A DNA stretch of 64,000 bases from Thermoproteota archaeon (GCA_027491415.1 JAOZFH010000063.1:1-64000), one strand, 5' to 3'; numbered from the stretch's first letter, positions 41,370 through 51,200 are shown. The notes: generated from the sequence alone by a model not told the origin. Program-made: numbers and translations.

Positions 41370-41612
41370 GGCACGCACCCCAGCCAGGAGGGGCAAAAGA
41401 CTGTCTCCTCCTGGACGCCAAGAGCAGGATATCCAGCATCTCTCGTAGCAGCCCGCCGACTTCTGATGTTGCTATGGAAGTCAGAAGTTAGGTGATGGGT
41501 ATAGGGACCAGCCATGCGGCGCGCGAAGAAGTCCCGAGTCGGCGATGCTGCTCGCGACGGTAGACCCCCCAGTCGCGGTCCATGAGGGGGCTCAGCCCAG
41601 CCTGGCCACGGG

Positions 41613-42272
41613 TCAGGCGGCCAGGGCGCCCCAGTAAAGTGCCAGGGCCCACGCCACAGTGACTGCCGCGAGCAGGGCCCCGATCCCCCTCCTCTCCTCC
41701 CCGAGGATGCCCGTGAGCATTGAAGCCGAGAGCCCGAAGGCCACGCCGGGGATCCCCCCCCAGATGAGGAAGAATATGGCGGCCTCGAGGGTCCCGCGGC
41801 CCAGGGTGAAGTCGACGAGGCCCTGGGACGCGAGGGCGGAGAAGAGCGCGGGGCCCGCCAAGACTCCCGCGGTCAGGGGCCTCCCGTAGAGGTCCTTGTG
41901 GGTGGCTAGGAGGAGCCAGAGCGTCCAAGACGCCACAACGATAGGCTGCAGCAGGTCGTAGGATGGGCACACTGTCGGAGGGAGTCGGCAGGCGCCGAAG
42001 CCGTACCTGTAGGCCCAGTAGATGGGAGAGACAGCCAGGGTGGCCAGCCACAGCGTTAAGGAGGTGTAAAAAGCCCTCCCTCCTATCGGGATTGACCTCG
42101 AGCGGGCGACCGAGGCAGCGAGGGGCGCGGCTACCACGTGGGTGCAGAGGAGGAGCGCCAGGGGGGCGGGGCCCCTCACCCCAACTCTAAGCCAGAGCAG
42201 TAAGGGAATGGGTATGGCGACCAGCCATGCGGCCAAGATTAGATGGAATAGGCTTAACCCATCCTCACTCAC
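41613..42272 (-). CDS. multi-TM protein distantly resembling family A
   Basis: C-x5-C loop, LYGRPLTA, GILGEERRGIG. Confidence 0.72.
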   Translation of the reverse strand: MSEDGLSLFHLILAAWLVAIPIPLLLWLRVGVRGPAPLALLLCTHVVAAPLAASVARSRSIPIGGRAFYTSLTLWLATLAVSPIYWAYRYGFGACRLPPTVCPSYDLLQPIVVASWTLWLLLATHKDLYGRPLTAGVLAGPALFSALASQGLVDFTLGRGTLEAAIFFLIWGGIPGVAFGLSASMLTGILGEERRGIGALLAAVTVAWALALYWGALAA

Positions 42273-42462
42273 TTGATACCCCCCATTCCTAGCGTACGTA
42301 CGCGGATAAGTTAAAAAATAAAAAACACAACAGGAAATACCATGTTAATAAAAGCTCTTAATTCCCCGATCACATCCCTCAGTTCTTCATCGACCTGAAA
42401 CCCTGGGATCTATTAGAGAGTGGGTCAAACAGAATAAACACCTGTCGGCTCCAGGGGCCCCA

Positions 42463-43776
42463 CTACCCACCTATTATCGACTCGGCCACCCTTAGGATCT
42501 CCTCGAGCGGGTAGTACCCCTGGATCGTGTAGGCGAGCCCCTTGAACCAGAATTCCACCCTGGTCGGGTAGTACTCGACCCTGGGCCACACGTATACAGT
42601 CACACCGTCGATCACGATCTCGTCTGCAGACTCCGGGGGGACGAGCCCGCCCTCAGACAGAGCCTCCACCCAGATCGTCAGGTTCTGAGCGTCGGGGACC
42701 CAGGGCGCCGGGACGTTGTACACCGCGCACGGGTGGTCCGCGTAGGCCAGGATTACCTCCCTGACGGCCCACTCCCCCGCCCCGATCTCCCTCACCATCG
42801 CCGCCTCGAGCCTCAGCCCATCCGGCACGTACGTTGGGAGCACCAAGCCGGCGCCCTCCGGCACCGGCTCGCCCGCCGCCCTGTGCCTATCCAGCTCCCT
42901 CTTCAGCGCCTCCATGGCTTCCTGTAGCGAGACGAGGTACCCCTGAACCCTGTAGACCTCCGGCCTCAGGGTCGACTTGGGGCAGCCCTCGGGGGGAGCG
43001 ATGGACTCGATCACCCTGTACAGCTCCCCCTCCGGGAGGTAGGCCTCCACCGTGTAGTACAGGTCTCCCACCTGGATCTCTGCGTACCCCGGCTCTAGAT
43101 CTGGGACCCCGAAGTAGAGAGACGCGGTCGTCGTGCATGTGATCCTGCCTAGGAAGGGCGTGATCCGGTAGGGGCAGCCTCTGATTGTGCCATCATATCC
43201 CAGCTCCAGGTTCATCTTGCCCCTGCCCGCCCTCAGAACCATCTCTGGGCCACTCATCGCGTAGGTGACGTAGGGGATCGCGAGGGTCACGTTTCGACCT
43301 GGGAACGCGTAGACTACCGCGAACACTTCGGGAACCCCCTGCTTCTCCGCCTCTCTCAGCTGATTCATCGCTTGGCTGTGGTTTCCCGCCCCGACCACCA
43401 TGACCCCAACGAGCCTCATCCCTCCTGAGTAGGAGGGGAGCCTGACTCCCAGATCCGTCAGGGCAGGCATCGCCTCGTCGGCTGGCAGGATGAAGCCCGT
43501 CTCCAGCGGGGGTACCCAGGAGGACGTTGGGCAGGACTCCCCAAGAGCCTTCAGAGCTGAGTCGTTGAGCCGCAGCCAGGGAGGCTCCTCCTCGGCGTCA
43601 TTGGCCAGCTGGGGCTCTGAGGATTCAGAGGGTTGGGTCATGCACCCAGGGGCAGATGGCGTCGGGGACAGCCTCCTGACGACCTCCGAACTCCGGCGCG
43701 CGACGTGAAGCAGGCAAGCCAGCGCGATTAGAGAGAACGCAAGTGCGATTAAGAGTAACCTGCGACCATCAGCCAT
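42463..43776 (-). CDS. N-anchored extracellular protein with two DUF4367-like repeats
   Basis: shares RGCP, RPEV.RV.G, APW.P.A.NLT, DGV..YVWP, FWF.GL.Y.IQGYYP with 34721..35917. Confidence 0.82.
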   Translation of the reverse strand: MADGRRLLLIALAFSLIALACLLHVARRSSEVVRRLSPTPSAPGCMTQPSESSEPQLANDAEEEPPWLRLNDSALKALGESCPTSSWVPPLETGFILPADEAMPALTDLGVRLPSYSGGMRLVGVMVVGAGNHSQAMNQLREAEKQGVPEVFAVVYAFPGRNVTLAIPYVTYAMSGPEMVLRAGRGKMNLELGYDGTIRGCPYRITPFLGRITCTTTASLYFGVPDLEPGYAEIQVGDLYYTVEAYLPEGELYRVIESIAPPEGCPKSTLRPEVYRVQGYLVSLQEAMEALKRELDRHRAAGEPVPEGAGLVLPTYVPDGLRLEAAMVREIGAGEWAVREVILAYADHPCAVYNVPAPWVPDAQNLTIWVEALSEGGLVPPESADEIVIDGVTVYVWPRVEYYPTRVEFWFKGLAYTIQGYYPLEEILRVAESIIGG

Positions 43777-43782
43777 GCCACA

Positions 43783-44481
43783 TCAACCTCTCTTGACGTA
43801 AAATTCATAGTTCGTTACTTTCTGAACGTAAAAGCACGTGCCGCTCTCATGCTTTGATAGCACATCCCAAAGGCACCAACCTCCGCAGTTGGGTATGCTG
43901 AAATAATGTAAAAGTTTGAAGTGGCCGTAAGCATTTATCCTACATCCGCAGTTAGAGTCGCAAGATATCTCAGATACACCACGCACAAAACCTTTCTCAT
44001 AATTTGGCCCAGAACCGGCGGGTAATCTGAGCTTAGTAACACCATCGATGATTATCTTCCATTTATTTATAGGTTGGTCAAACCATATCCGGATGTGATG
44101 ATGCCCTGAAGAAGCTGTTCCTAGAACGTAGTACCCGTAAGTTGTCCCTCTCCTATGTTCCGCATAAAATGTAGGCTCTGTTAAGCAACCAGCGGGCGAG
44201 TATCCCTTACCCCAGCCAGCTTGTATCCACCCGCCGTTCTGAATTAGTAGGTACCTAGCCGTTTTATCGTAACTCGAACAGTAGATCCCCGACGGATTGT
44301 AGGTATAGATATAGCCAGATACGCCCTGTCTGTCAATTCTATCGATGCAAGTAGTAAGTTCGCAGTTAGATCCGTAATACCATGCGGGAGTGGAATATAC
44401 TTCCAAGACAATACCGCTGAAGCTAAGAGTAAGCAAATAAACTAGGCATACCACGTAACTTTGTCTAAAGCTCGCGGTCAT
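43783..44481 (-). CDS. secreted Cys-rich glutamic-peptidase-like protein
   Basis: signal peptide, WIQAGW, downstream VSE; AT-rich. Confidence 0.75.
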   Translation of the reverse strand: MTASFRQSYVVCLVYLLTLSFSGIVLEVYSTPAWYYGSNCELTTCIDRIDRQGVSGYIYTYNPSGIYCSSYDKTARYLLIQNGGWIQAGWGKGYSPAGCLTEPTFYAEHRRGTTYGYYVLGTASSGHHHIRIWFDQPINKWKIIIDGVTKLRLPAGSGPNYEKGFVRGVSEISCDSNCGCRINAYGHFKLLHYFSIPNCGGWCLWDVLSKHESGTCFYVQKVTNYEFYVKRG

Positions 44482-44607
44482 CTATTATCTATGTTTTCTC
44501 CAAATTTTCCTTTTAACCCTTACGCTTGCGCGCTCTAGATGGACGAGATAGAAGAGAAGAGAATAGAGGTTCTGGTTCTCTTCTCGCGGTCTCAGAGAGA
44601 GGAGGAC

Positions 44608-44735
44608 TCAGCTGGGCAGGGACGTGAAGGAGACCAGCCACCCGCCGAACAGGAGAAAGAATCCCACGGCGGCTCCGACATCCCTAGGGTCCTCTGACCT
44701 GGCCAGGAGCGCGCAGCCTAGGCCCCAGAGCAGTT
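44608..44735 (-). pseudogene. 3' fragment of a family B membrane gene
   Basis: LLWGLGCALLARSEDPRDVGAAVGFFLLF matches IWGLGCASLTKAEDPRDPWARVGYLVLF. Confidence 0.75.
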
Positions 44736-44775
44736 CAGGGGTCAGGGGGGAGCTCCTCACGAGGGTCTTCAGGGA

Positions 44776-44848
44776 GCTGGAGGGCTACGGGGATAGGAAG
44801 AGGTGGGAGGAGGCGCTGGAGGAGTGCGAGAGGAGGGGCCTCCTCTAG
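44776..44848 (+). repeat. 73-bp dispersed repeat, copy 2
   Basis: 67/73 identical to 5640..5712 (minus strand). Confidence 0.85.
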
Positions 44849-44954
44849 GCTGCTCGCCACGCCCCCCGGGCGACGCGCCGAGAGGCTGTCGGAGACCCGA
44901 GCGCTCCAACCCTCCGCCAAGCATAACGAGGTTGTGGGGGGCCTGCAGAGACTC

Positions 44955-45347
44955 TCAGTCCACCATGAGGAAGGGCACACGCCATGCGAGGAGGAGCAGA
45001 GAGTAGCCCAGGAGTGCGCTCAGGTCCCAAGGCCTCTCGGACCTAGCAACGAGCGCTGATCCGAGGGAGAAGGGGAGGCTCAGGGCGAGCCCTATGAGGC
45101 CCCAGCGGATCACCCCGAAGGGGGCGAAGAGGTAGGTGAGGAGACCCAACAGGAGGGCGAGGGCTGGCCTCCTCCTGATTGGCCCTGTGAGGCAGGCCAC
45201 GGCCGAGACCGCCGGGGGGACGTAGAGGATCGTCAAGACGTAGGACAGATCCCGGAGGATGGGGTCTACGCCCGTGACGCCCAGCGCGAGGAGGGCTATG
45301 AGCGCCAGCCAGGTGTAGAAGAACCCCGGCTCGTCCCTCCAAGGCAC
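44955..45347 (-). CDS. small multi-TM protein, family B
   Basis: VPWRDEPGFFYTWLAL...MVD*. Confidence 0.8.
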   Translation of the reverse strand: MPWRDEPGFFYTWLALIALLALGVTGVDPILRDLSYVLTILYVPPAVSAVACLTGPIRRRPALALLLGLLTYLFAPFGVIRWGLIGLALSLPFSLGSALVARSERPWDLSALLGYSLLLLAWRVPFLMVD

Positions 45348-45429
45348 GCTGATGGCAGAGCAGGTCAAAGTAATAATTCTTTCTCAGAAAAACCTGGAGA
45401 AACAAAAAATGTAGGGAAGGGTTTGCGAG

Positions 45430-45564
45430 TTAACCATCGCACCTTGTCCTAGTGGCCCAGCCGTCGCCTCCCTCATCGTAGTTCCCCAGCCAGACCACCT
45501 CGCCCTCAACCACCCAGTCGTGGTAGTAGGGGGTCTCGAAGGCCTCCCTGAACTCCTGTGCCAT
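45430..45564 (-). pseudogene. orphan C-terminal tip of the LssY_C-like protein
   Basis: PYYHDWVVEGEVVWLGNYDEGGDGWA...DG* matches PGYEDWMPEGEVIWLGNYDKGGNGWA...DG* at 39195-39297. Confidence 0.8.
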
Positions 45565-45621
45565 TAGATCGGTGCTCTCAGGCGCACTCTCCTCTCAAAA
45601 ATGGGGGAGGGTTGGGGGCCC

Positions 45622-46239
45622 CTACCCCTGGCCCGGAACCACCTCGAAGTCGTAAGTCTCGATCAGCGTGCCCGGCTTCGAGAGGGCGCCCCTCATTATC
45701 ACGTTGATCCTGTAGCGGCCCGGGGCGACTGCTTGGCCCACCTCCAGCGTGGCGTTGAGGACTTTCACCTCCCCCTCTTTCAGGGTGAACGCCGGGGAGG
45801 GCCGAATCGCCAGCCTGATCGCGGAGTCCCCCTCCCCGGCGACCAGCTCGAGTGCCTCGCCCTCTACCGGCGCCTCTGCAGAGAGGTTCACCTCCAGGGG
45901 CCCGGGGAACTTGCCAGGGGTCAGCCCCTCAGGAGGCGGGAGGTCCCTGAGTCGCGTTAGCGTTATCTCGGGCCTGAAGTCGCACTCCGGCTTGAAGCAG
46001 TAGACCTTGATGACGAAGGAGACCGCCTCGCCCTGCCTCACCACGCTGGGGAGTCCCTCGACGCTGGTCGTCATCAGGGATATCGGGGTCTCGGGTATGT
46101 CCTCCGGCGGGATGGTGGGAGGCGCCTTCGTGGCCTCCGGGCTGGCGGAGCCGAATGGGTACTGGATCCAGAGACCTAAGGCCAAGAGGGAGATGGAGGC
46201 CGCGGTCAACAGTAGGAGGCTAGACCGCCCCATGAGCAT
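45622..46239 (-). CDS. N-anchored extracellular Ig-like protein
   Basis: TM helix; VRQGEAVSF, APGRYRINV; start overlaps the upstream stop (TGATG). Confidence 0.75.
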   Translation of the reverse strand: MLMGRSSLLLLTAASISLLALGLWIQYPFGSASPEATKAPPTIPPEDIPETPISLMTTSVEGLPSVVRQGEAVSFVIKVYCFKPECDFRPEITLTRLRDLPPPEGLTPGKFPGPLEVNLSAEAPVEGEALELVAGEGDSAIRLAIRPSPAFTLKEGEVKVLNATLEVGQAVAPGRYRINVIMRGALSKPGTLIETYDFEVVPGQG

Positions 46240-47021
46240 CACCCCCAAATCTTTTCCCCGTCGCCATAATCACATGTGGGATTCGTATACTGTCCTACTT
46301 GGATGTAATTAAATCCAAGCCTTACAATGTCGTAGTTCTGGTTGCAGTTATCCGTGGGCTCCCTGTAGGCGTAGCCCTGCTCGGCCTGCCTGAAGTAGGA
46401 GGACCCCCTGGGTTTGTACGAGATGGCCGGGTTAAAGTAAACGGGCTTAAGCCAACCCCCGTACTCCCCACCCTTCTCAGCTATTGAAGCAGGTGCGTGA
46501 TATCCCGTGGAATCCACGTCAAAGAACTCAGTGCCCAAGTACTCATCGCCCCCCTTGACAAACGACCAGTATCCGTCGCCCACGTGAATTGCCGAGTAGT
46601 ACATGTAGGTGTAGGTGGGGCCTGCTGATCCGTCGGGGCCCTTTCTTACGACATAATCGCCCCCAGCTGGGGGGAGGTAGCAGTAAAACCACGCACCTCT
46701 TGGCCGCTCGTGTGCCGTGAGGTAGCCGACTTGGATCCAGTATCCATTGGCTAGGTGAGACCCTATCCAATAATAGTGCGCTTCTGGGTCTGGGACGTTG
46801 TAGTCCGGAACTATGTACACCCTGGTTTTGAACCCCTCACTCCAATACGTGGTTGTCCCTCCCCTGGCACCGACAGATGGATCAAGCATTCCTGCCAAGT
46901 TAAGAGGATTCTCTTGACGGTCTAGGGGTTGCGTTGAGGTTTGGGCAATAATAGAGGCTGTAACCAGGGGAGAGAGGAGACCTAAAATCCCCAAAACTGC
47001 CAAACACCTTCTCTCATCCAT
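46239..47021 (-). CDS. secreted glutamic-peptidase (G1/neprosin)-like protein
   Basis: signal peptide; YWIG...YWIQVGY...SIAE. Confidence 0.75.
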   Translation of the reverse strand: MDERRCLAVLGILGLLSPLVTASIIAQTSTQPLDRQENPLNLAGMLDPSVGARGGTTTYWSEGFKTRVYIVPDYNVPDPEAHYYWIGSHLANGYWIQVGYLTAHERPRGAWFYCYLPPAGGDYVVRKGPDGSAGPTYTYMYYSAIHVGDGYWSFVKGGDEYLGTEFFDVDSTGYHAPASIAEKGGEYGGWLKPVYFNPAISYKPRGSSYFRQAEQGYAYREPTDNCNQNYDIVRLGFNYIQVGQYTNPTCDYGDGEKIWG

Positions 47022-47070
47022 ATCTCCACCCCGCAGGCTCCTCGCCTGCAAGAGTTTTGGTTAAATAATC

Positions 47071-47121
47071 GAATTTAACTTCTGCGCTTTAATACATTTT
47101 CAATACTTTCATGAAACTTTT
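47071..47121 (-). promoter_or_regulatory. 51-bp AT-rich upstream element, copy 2
   Basis: 45/51 identical to 33924..33974. Confidence 0.8.
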
Positions 47122-47221
47122 CTTATATTATGTTACATCTCCACGCCACTCTGGGAGGGATCGTTCTGTATGAAGGGACACGGAGCTACGCCGGGCTGAG
47201 CATAGAGGCACGCCAGGGCCG

Positions 47222-47410
47222 CTACGGCCGTGGGTGATGAAGGGGAAGTTCAGGACGGTCACCGGTCCGAGTGTGACCTGTCAGTCGTCGCCTGGACACG
47301 GACTCGCTGAAGGGACGCTCCTCCAGCCCGTGGAGCTCGAGTAGACCCTCCAGATCCCCCTCTGAGACCTCTCTCACGCTCACGCCTGGCCGCGAATTGA
47401 GGTCGGGCAC
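47222..47410 (-). pseudogene. possible GNAT N-terminal remnant
   Basis: VREVSEGDLEGLLEL...PFS, then truncated. Confidence 0.4.
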
Positions 47411-47521
47411 CCTCCTCGGGGCCCCAGCAAGGGCTTAAGGTTGGGGCGGCCGCCTCCTTGGGACGGCTGCGGAGGGCCCTGGGGGCAAGGTTTTTATCTC
47501 CGGACCCGCGAAGGCGAGTTG

Positions 47522-47595
47522 GGGCCCGTAGCTCAGTATGGTAGAGCGCCCGGCTCTTAACCGGGAGGTCGAGGGTTCGAAGCCCTCCGGGCCCG
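47522..47595 (+). tRNA. tRNA-Lys (CTT)
   Basis: loop CTCTTAA; CCA not encoded. Confidence 0.95.
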
Positions 47596-47669
47596 CTTCT
47601 CTCGCCTTTTCTCGTCTTTTCGAGCTTTCTCCTTCCGAATTTCCGTGAAACAAGCGACCTCGTGGCGAA

Positions 47670-48242
47670 TCACGTGGCCGGCCCCTGAGGCCCCCTCTGG
47701 CCCGATCGAACAGCCTCCTCACTCAGAACCTCAGACTCGCGCCTCGCAGTCTTGTAGGCGTCGTACGCCGACAGCACAGGGGCCAACCCCGTGGAGATGG
47801 CCAGGATCGCGGTAGCGTCGGTCACGACCCCCGGCAGGTCGTAGCGCATCGACCCGACGAAGAGGACCCAGGCGGCCGAGACGTACCCCCAGATCTTCCA
47901 AGCCCTCCCGGTCCTCCCCAGGTAGGCCTGACCCAGGCCTGGGAGGAACAGCGAGAGCAGAGCTGCCACCCACGGCCTCGACCTGAAGTCGGCGCCCTTC
48001 GCGGTCCTCCAGGCGTCCAAGATAGACCAGGGGTAGAGGAAGACCAGGGCGAGTATGCACCACATCCCCGCGACGACGGCCGCCGGCCTCCCCCAGTAGC
48101 CGAGCGCCACCACCGCCACCACGAGGGCCCAGAACGTGAGCCATATCGCCAGGCCCCTCCTCCTCTCTCCGGCGTAGGCCGTGCCCAGGCCTGGCTGCAG
48201 GGCTGAGACGAGGGCGGCCAGCCAGGACCTCCCACCCGCCAA
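47670..48242 (-). CDS. membrane protein with two TM2/DUF5683-like repeats
   Basis: AALVSALQPGLGTAY and AALLSLFLPGLGQAYLG; DAWRTAK / DAYKTAR. Confidence 0.8.
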   Translation of the reverse strand: MAGGRSWLAALVSALQPGLGTAYAGERRRGLAIWLTFWALVVAVVALGYWGRPAAVVAGMWCILALVFLYPWSILDAWRTAKGADFRSRPWVAALLSLFLPGLGQAYLGRTGRAWKIWGYVSAAWVLFVGSMRYDLPGVVTDATAILAISTGLAPVLSAYDAYKTARRESEVLSEEAVRSGQRGPQGPAT

Positions 48243-48335
48243 CCCGCATCACCATCGTGAAATTTGCGCTGGTGGTGGTTTGACATTAGAACAATCAAAT
48301 CTTATTAGAAATTTGGTTTGAAAGTCAGCCCTTAG

Positions 48336-51200
48336 ATGGGTCAGAGGGTCAGAACATTCCTGGCCTCTCTCCTCATCTCGCTGGCCGCCTCTCCGTCGGC
48401 TGCGGTCGGGCTCGCCCTCTCCAACCCCGTGCATGTGTCCCTCTCAGTCTCGCCCACCGCGGTCGAGCCGGGAGGCTCCGTGAGCATCTCAGCGTCCGCA
48501 TGGTCCTCCGACCCCTCGCTCCGCGTGGAGCTTACCGTGCTCGTGCAGGGGCCGGGGTTCTCGAGGACGCTGCACTCGGGCGGCGCGAGCTGGTCGGGCA
48601 CGTGGACGCCCCCGGCCAGGGGGAGCTACACCGTGTGGGCCCTCGCCGAGGGCAGGGACTCCTCTGGGAGCCTGGCGGGCTCGGCCACCGCCTACGCGAC
48701 CGTTGTCGTGACCGACCAGGCGGGCGGCGGGTCAGGAGCGGTGGAGACAGGCTCGTCCGACGTCTCGGGCGGCTCGACTGGCTCAGGCGGACTCCTCGGC
48801 AAGATAGAGGGCCTGGCCAAGTCGGCCTGGTCCAAGGTCAAGGGAGCCCTGTCTCAGGCGAAGGAGGCCGTCGAGGGTGCGCTCTCCTCCCTGGGAGAGG
48901 TGCTCGGGGAGTACGCGGACGCCCTCGTGGATGGAGTGGGTTGGCTGGTCGGCAAGGTCAGGGGGGCCCTGAGCGAGGTTGGGGAGGCGATCTCAGGGGC
49001 CCTGGACTACCTCAGCGGCAGGACGCGCGGGCTGGTGGAGGAGGCCCTCTCGATGGCCGCCGGCGCCTACTACGACGCGGTGTCGGCGCTGTCGGACGCC
49101 GCCAGCGAGGCCGACTCCCCGGCCGCCACGTTCGTGCTCTCGGCCGCCGAGGCGATAGTCGGGGCCCCCGGCGGGACCGCCCTCGGCTTCGCGGTCGGGT
49201 CCGAGGGGTGGTATCAGATCACCGCCAGGGTGGCGGAGGTCCTGTCGGGCCTGGACGCCTGGCTCGCGAGCTGGGCGGAGGAGAACCTGCCGGAACCGCT
49301 GGCCGACCTCGTGGAGTTCGGCGCGGCCCTCGACTCCTCGATGCGCGCGGGCGCGGCCTGCCAGCTAGCCGGACTCCTGGAGGCCGCTAACTTCCTCTCG
49401 TTCGGCTTCCTCGACGCCGTGAGGGACGCCCTGGCGGGGGCGGGCGCCGAGGGCGGCCCGGGGCTCGGAGAGGCCCTCAAGGAGGAGCTGTACACCCAGA
49501 CCTTCCCCGGCCAGATCCTGGGGCTGCTCGAGGAGGCCGTTGGCCCGGGGAGGAGCTGGAGGGAGAGGGCCAGGGCCGCCGGCACCCTCACAGGGCTGGC
49601 CCTCCTGGCGGCCGCGACGGCGGGCAGGAGGGACTACAGGCTTGAGTCGAACCCGGAGGCCAGGGCCCTCCTGGAGGAGATCAGGGCGGAGCTGGGTGGC
49701 AGAAAGGCCGGCGCCATCAAGAGGAGGGCCGTCGAGGTCGCTGAGCTGTTCGGGGAGGAGGACGCGATCAGGTACCTCAGGGGCGACGCCAACTTCGTGA
49801 GGCTGCTCGTGAAGAAGAGGAAGGTCGGAGACCGCATCGTCGAGAGGATCTACCTCAAGCTGAGTTCCGACGAGATCAAGAGGCTCGGCCTCAAATCCGA
49901 AGAGTACGCGAACCTCGTGTTCAGGACCGCCGACGGCAGGACCTTCGAGCTCAGCCTGAAGGTGCCGAAGGCGATGAGCAACGGGAAGATGGAGGTGGCC
50001 CTCCCATACTTCTCCGAGCTGCACCCGGAGCTGGGCGAGCAGCTGGTGGAGATCGAGGTGAGGCCGCCGAGGGACGTCGGGTGGCTGATGCAGGTCACGG
50101 ACGACAGGGGGTACAGGAAGCTCAAGGTGAGCCCGGAGTACGTCAGGATGAAGGCCTCCCTGGGGGACGAGCTGGCGCCGGACCAGCTGGTAAGGGTGGA
50201 GGTGGACGGCCGCAAGTACTACGCGATCCTGAGGAGGTCCGGGGACGACCTCACGCTCACCCTGCCGAGGGACGTGACGGCGGAGCACCACGTGATCAGG
50301 ATCGAGCGGGCGGGGCTCGAGGAGGTCTTCCCGTCCGAGCCGGTGCCGGGCCTCAAGCTGGAGTACGCCGGCGATACCCTGTCCATCAGGGTCGCGGCAG
50401 GGGCGGGCGGTGGTCCCCTGACGCTCGCCGAGGGGGTGAGGCCGGAGCTGGACCCCTACACGGGCGAGCTGAGGCTCCTGTTCAGCGTCGACGGCGTCGA
50501 GTTCGCCCTAGAGGCGGATGGAGATGTGAGGGTCAGGGTCTCCAAGAGGTGGGTCGAGGTCGAGAGGGTCAGGGTCGCGGGCAGCGAAGCGTCCATCGTA
50601 ACCGGGCTGGGCGAGATCTCACTCGGCAGAGGGGTGAGAGCCGTACTCTCCACGGTCGAGGGAGATCTCACTCTGAGCGGCCCGATAGCCGTGCCCGACG
50701 AGATTCTAGAAAGTCCCGAGATTCAGGCAGGGATCTCAGAGTATGTGAACTCTCTAAAGGGCGGAGAGGAGGGCACTTTTCAGGCGGAACTGGGCAAACT
50801 TGGAGAGAAAGTGACCAAAAAATACTTTGAGCTTAGAGGGTTTGAGTTCGAGAAGCACGGAAAACCTACTTCCCCAGTTGATGGTTTTGTAATAGAGAAT
50901 GGGATAAGGATCCCAGTAGAGGTCAAGACCTCTGCCGTTGACGACTTCTCAACGCTGATCCGCAGGGCCATAAGGGGGGATGTGAGGTCTAACGGGGAAG
51001 TTAGAGGCGGCGCGCTCTACAAGTACTTCAGGAGCCACCCTGAGGTACCGTACGGATACGCCGTGGCGGTGAAATACGAGAGTGGGAGGCTGCTCATACT
51101 CATAAGGAAGGTCGTGAACCCATTCAGAAGAACCGCCAGCGCCCGTCCACCGACGCGTCCGCCGGGCAGGACCTACCTTCCCGGGAGGATACCGAGGTGA
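48336..51200 (+). CDS. secreted multidomain polymorphic-toxin-like protein with C-terminal PD-(D/E)xK nuclease
   Basis: signal peptide, Ig-like domain, amphipathic and hydrophobic helices, beta-rich repeats, then GKLGE...VDG...VEVKTS. Confidence 0.82.
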   Translation: MGQRVRTFLASLLISLAASPSAAVGLALSNPVHVSLSVSPTAVEPGGSVSISASAWSSDPSLRVELTVLVQGPGFSRTLHSGGASWSGTWTPPARGSYTVWALAEGRDSSGSLAGSATAYATVVVTDQAGGGSGAVETGSSDVSGGSTGSGGLLGKIEGLAKSAWSKVKGALSQAKEAVEGALSSLGEVLGEYADALVDGVGWLVGKVRGALSEVGEAISGALDYLSGRTRGLVEEALSMAAGAYYDAVSALSDAASEADSPAATFVLSAAEAIVGAPGGTALGFAVGSEGWYQITARVAEVLSGLDAWLASWAEENLPEPLADLVEFGAALDSSMRAGAACQLAGLLEAANFLSFGFLDAVRDALAGAGAEGGPGLGEALKEELYTQTFPGQILGLLEEAVGPGRSWRERARAAGTLTGLALLAAATAGRRDYRLESNPEARALLEEIRAELGGRKAGAIKRRAVEVAELFGEEDAIRYLRGDANFVRLLVKKRKVGDRIVERIYLKLSSDEIKRLGLKSEEYANLVFRTADGRTFELSLKVPKAMSNGKMEVALPYFSELHPELGEQLVEIEVRPPRDVGWLMQVTDDRGYRKLKVSPEYVRMKASLGDELAPDQLVRVEVDGRKYYAILRRSGDDLTLTLPRDVTAEHHVIRIERAGLEEVFPSEPVPGLKLEYAGDTLSIRVAAGAGGGPLTLAEGVRPELDPYTGELRLLFSVDGVEFALEADGDVRVRVSKRWVEVERVRVAGSEASIVTGLGEISLGRGVRAVLSTVEGDLTLSGPIAVPDEILESPEIQAGISEYVNSLKGGEEGTFQAELGKLGEKVTKKYFELRGFEFEKHGKPTSPVDGFVIENGIRIPVEVKTSAVDDFSTLIRRAIRGDVRSNGEVRGGALYKYFRSHPEVPYGYAVAVKYESGRLLILIRKVVNPFRRTASARPPTRPPGRTYLPGRIPR

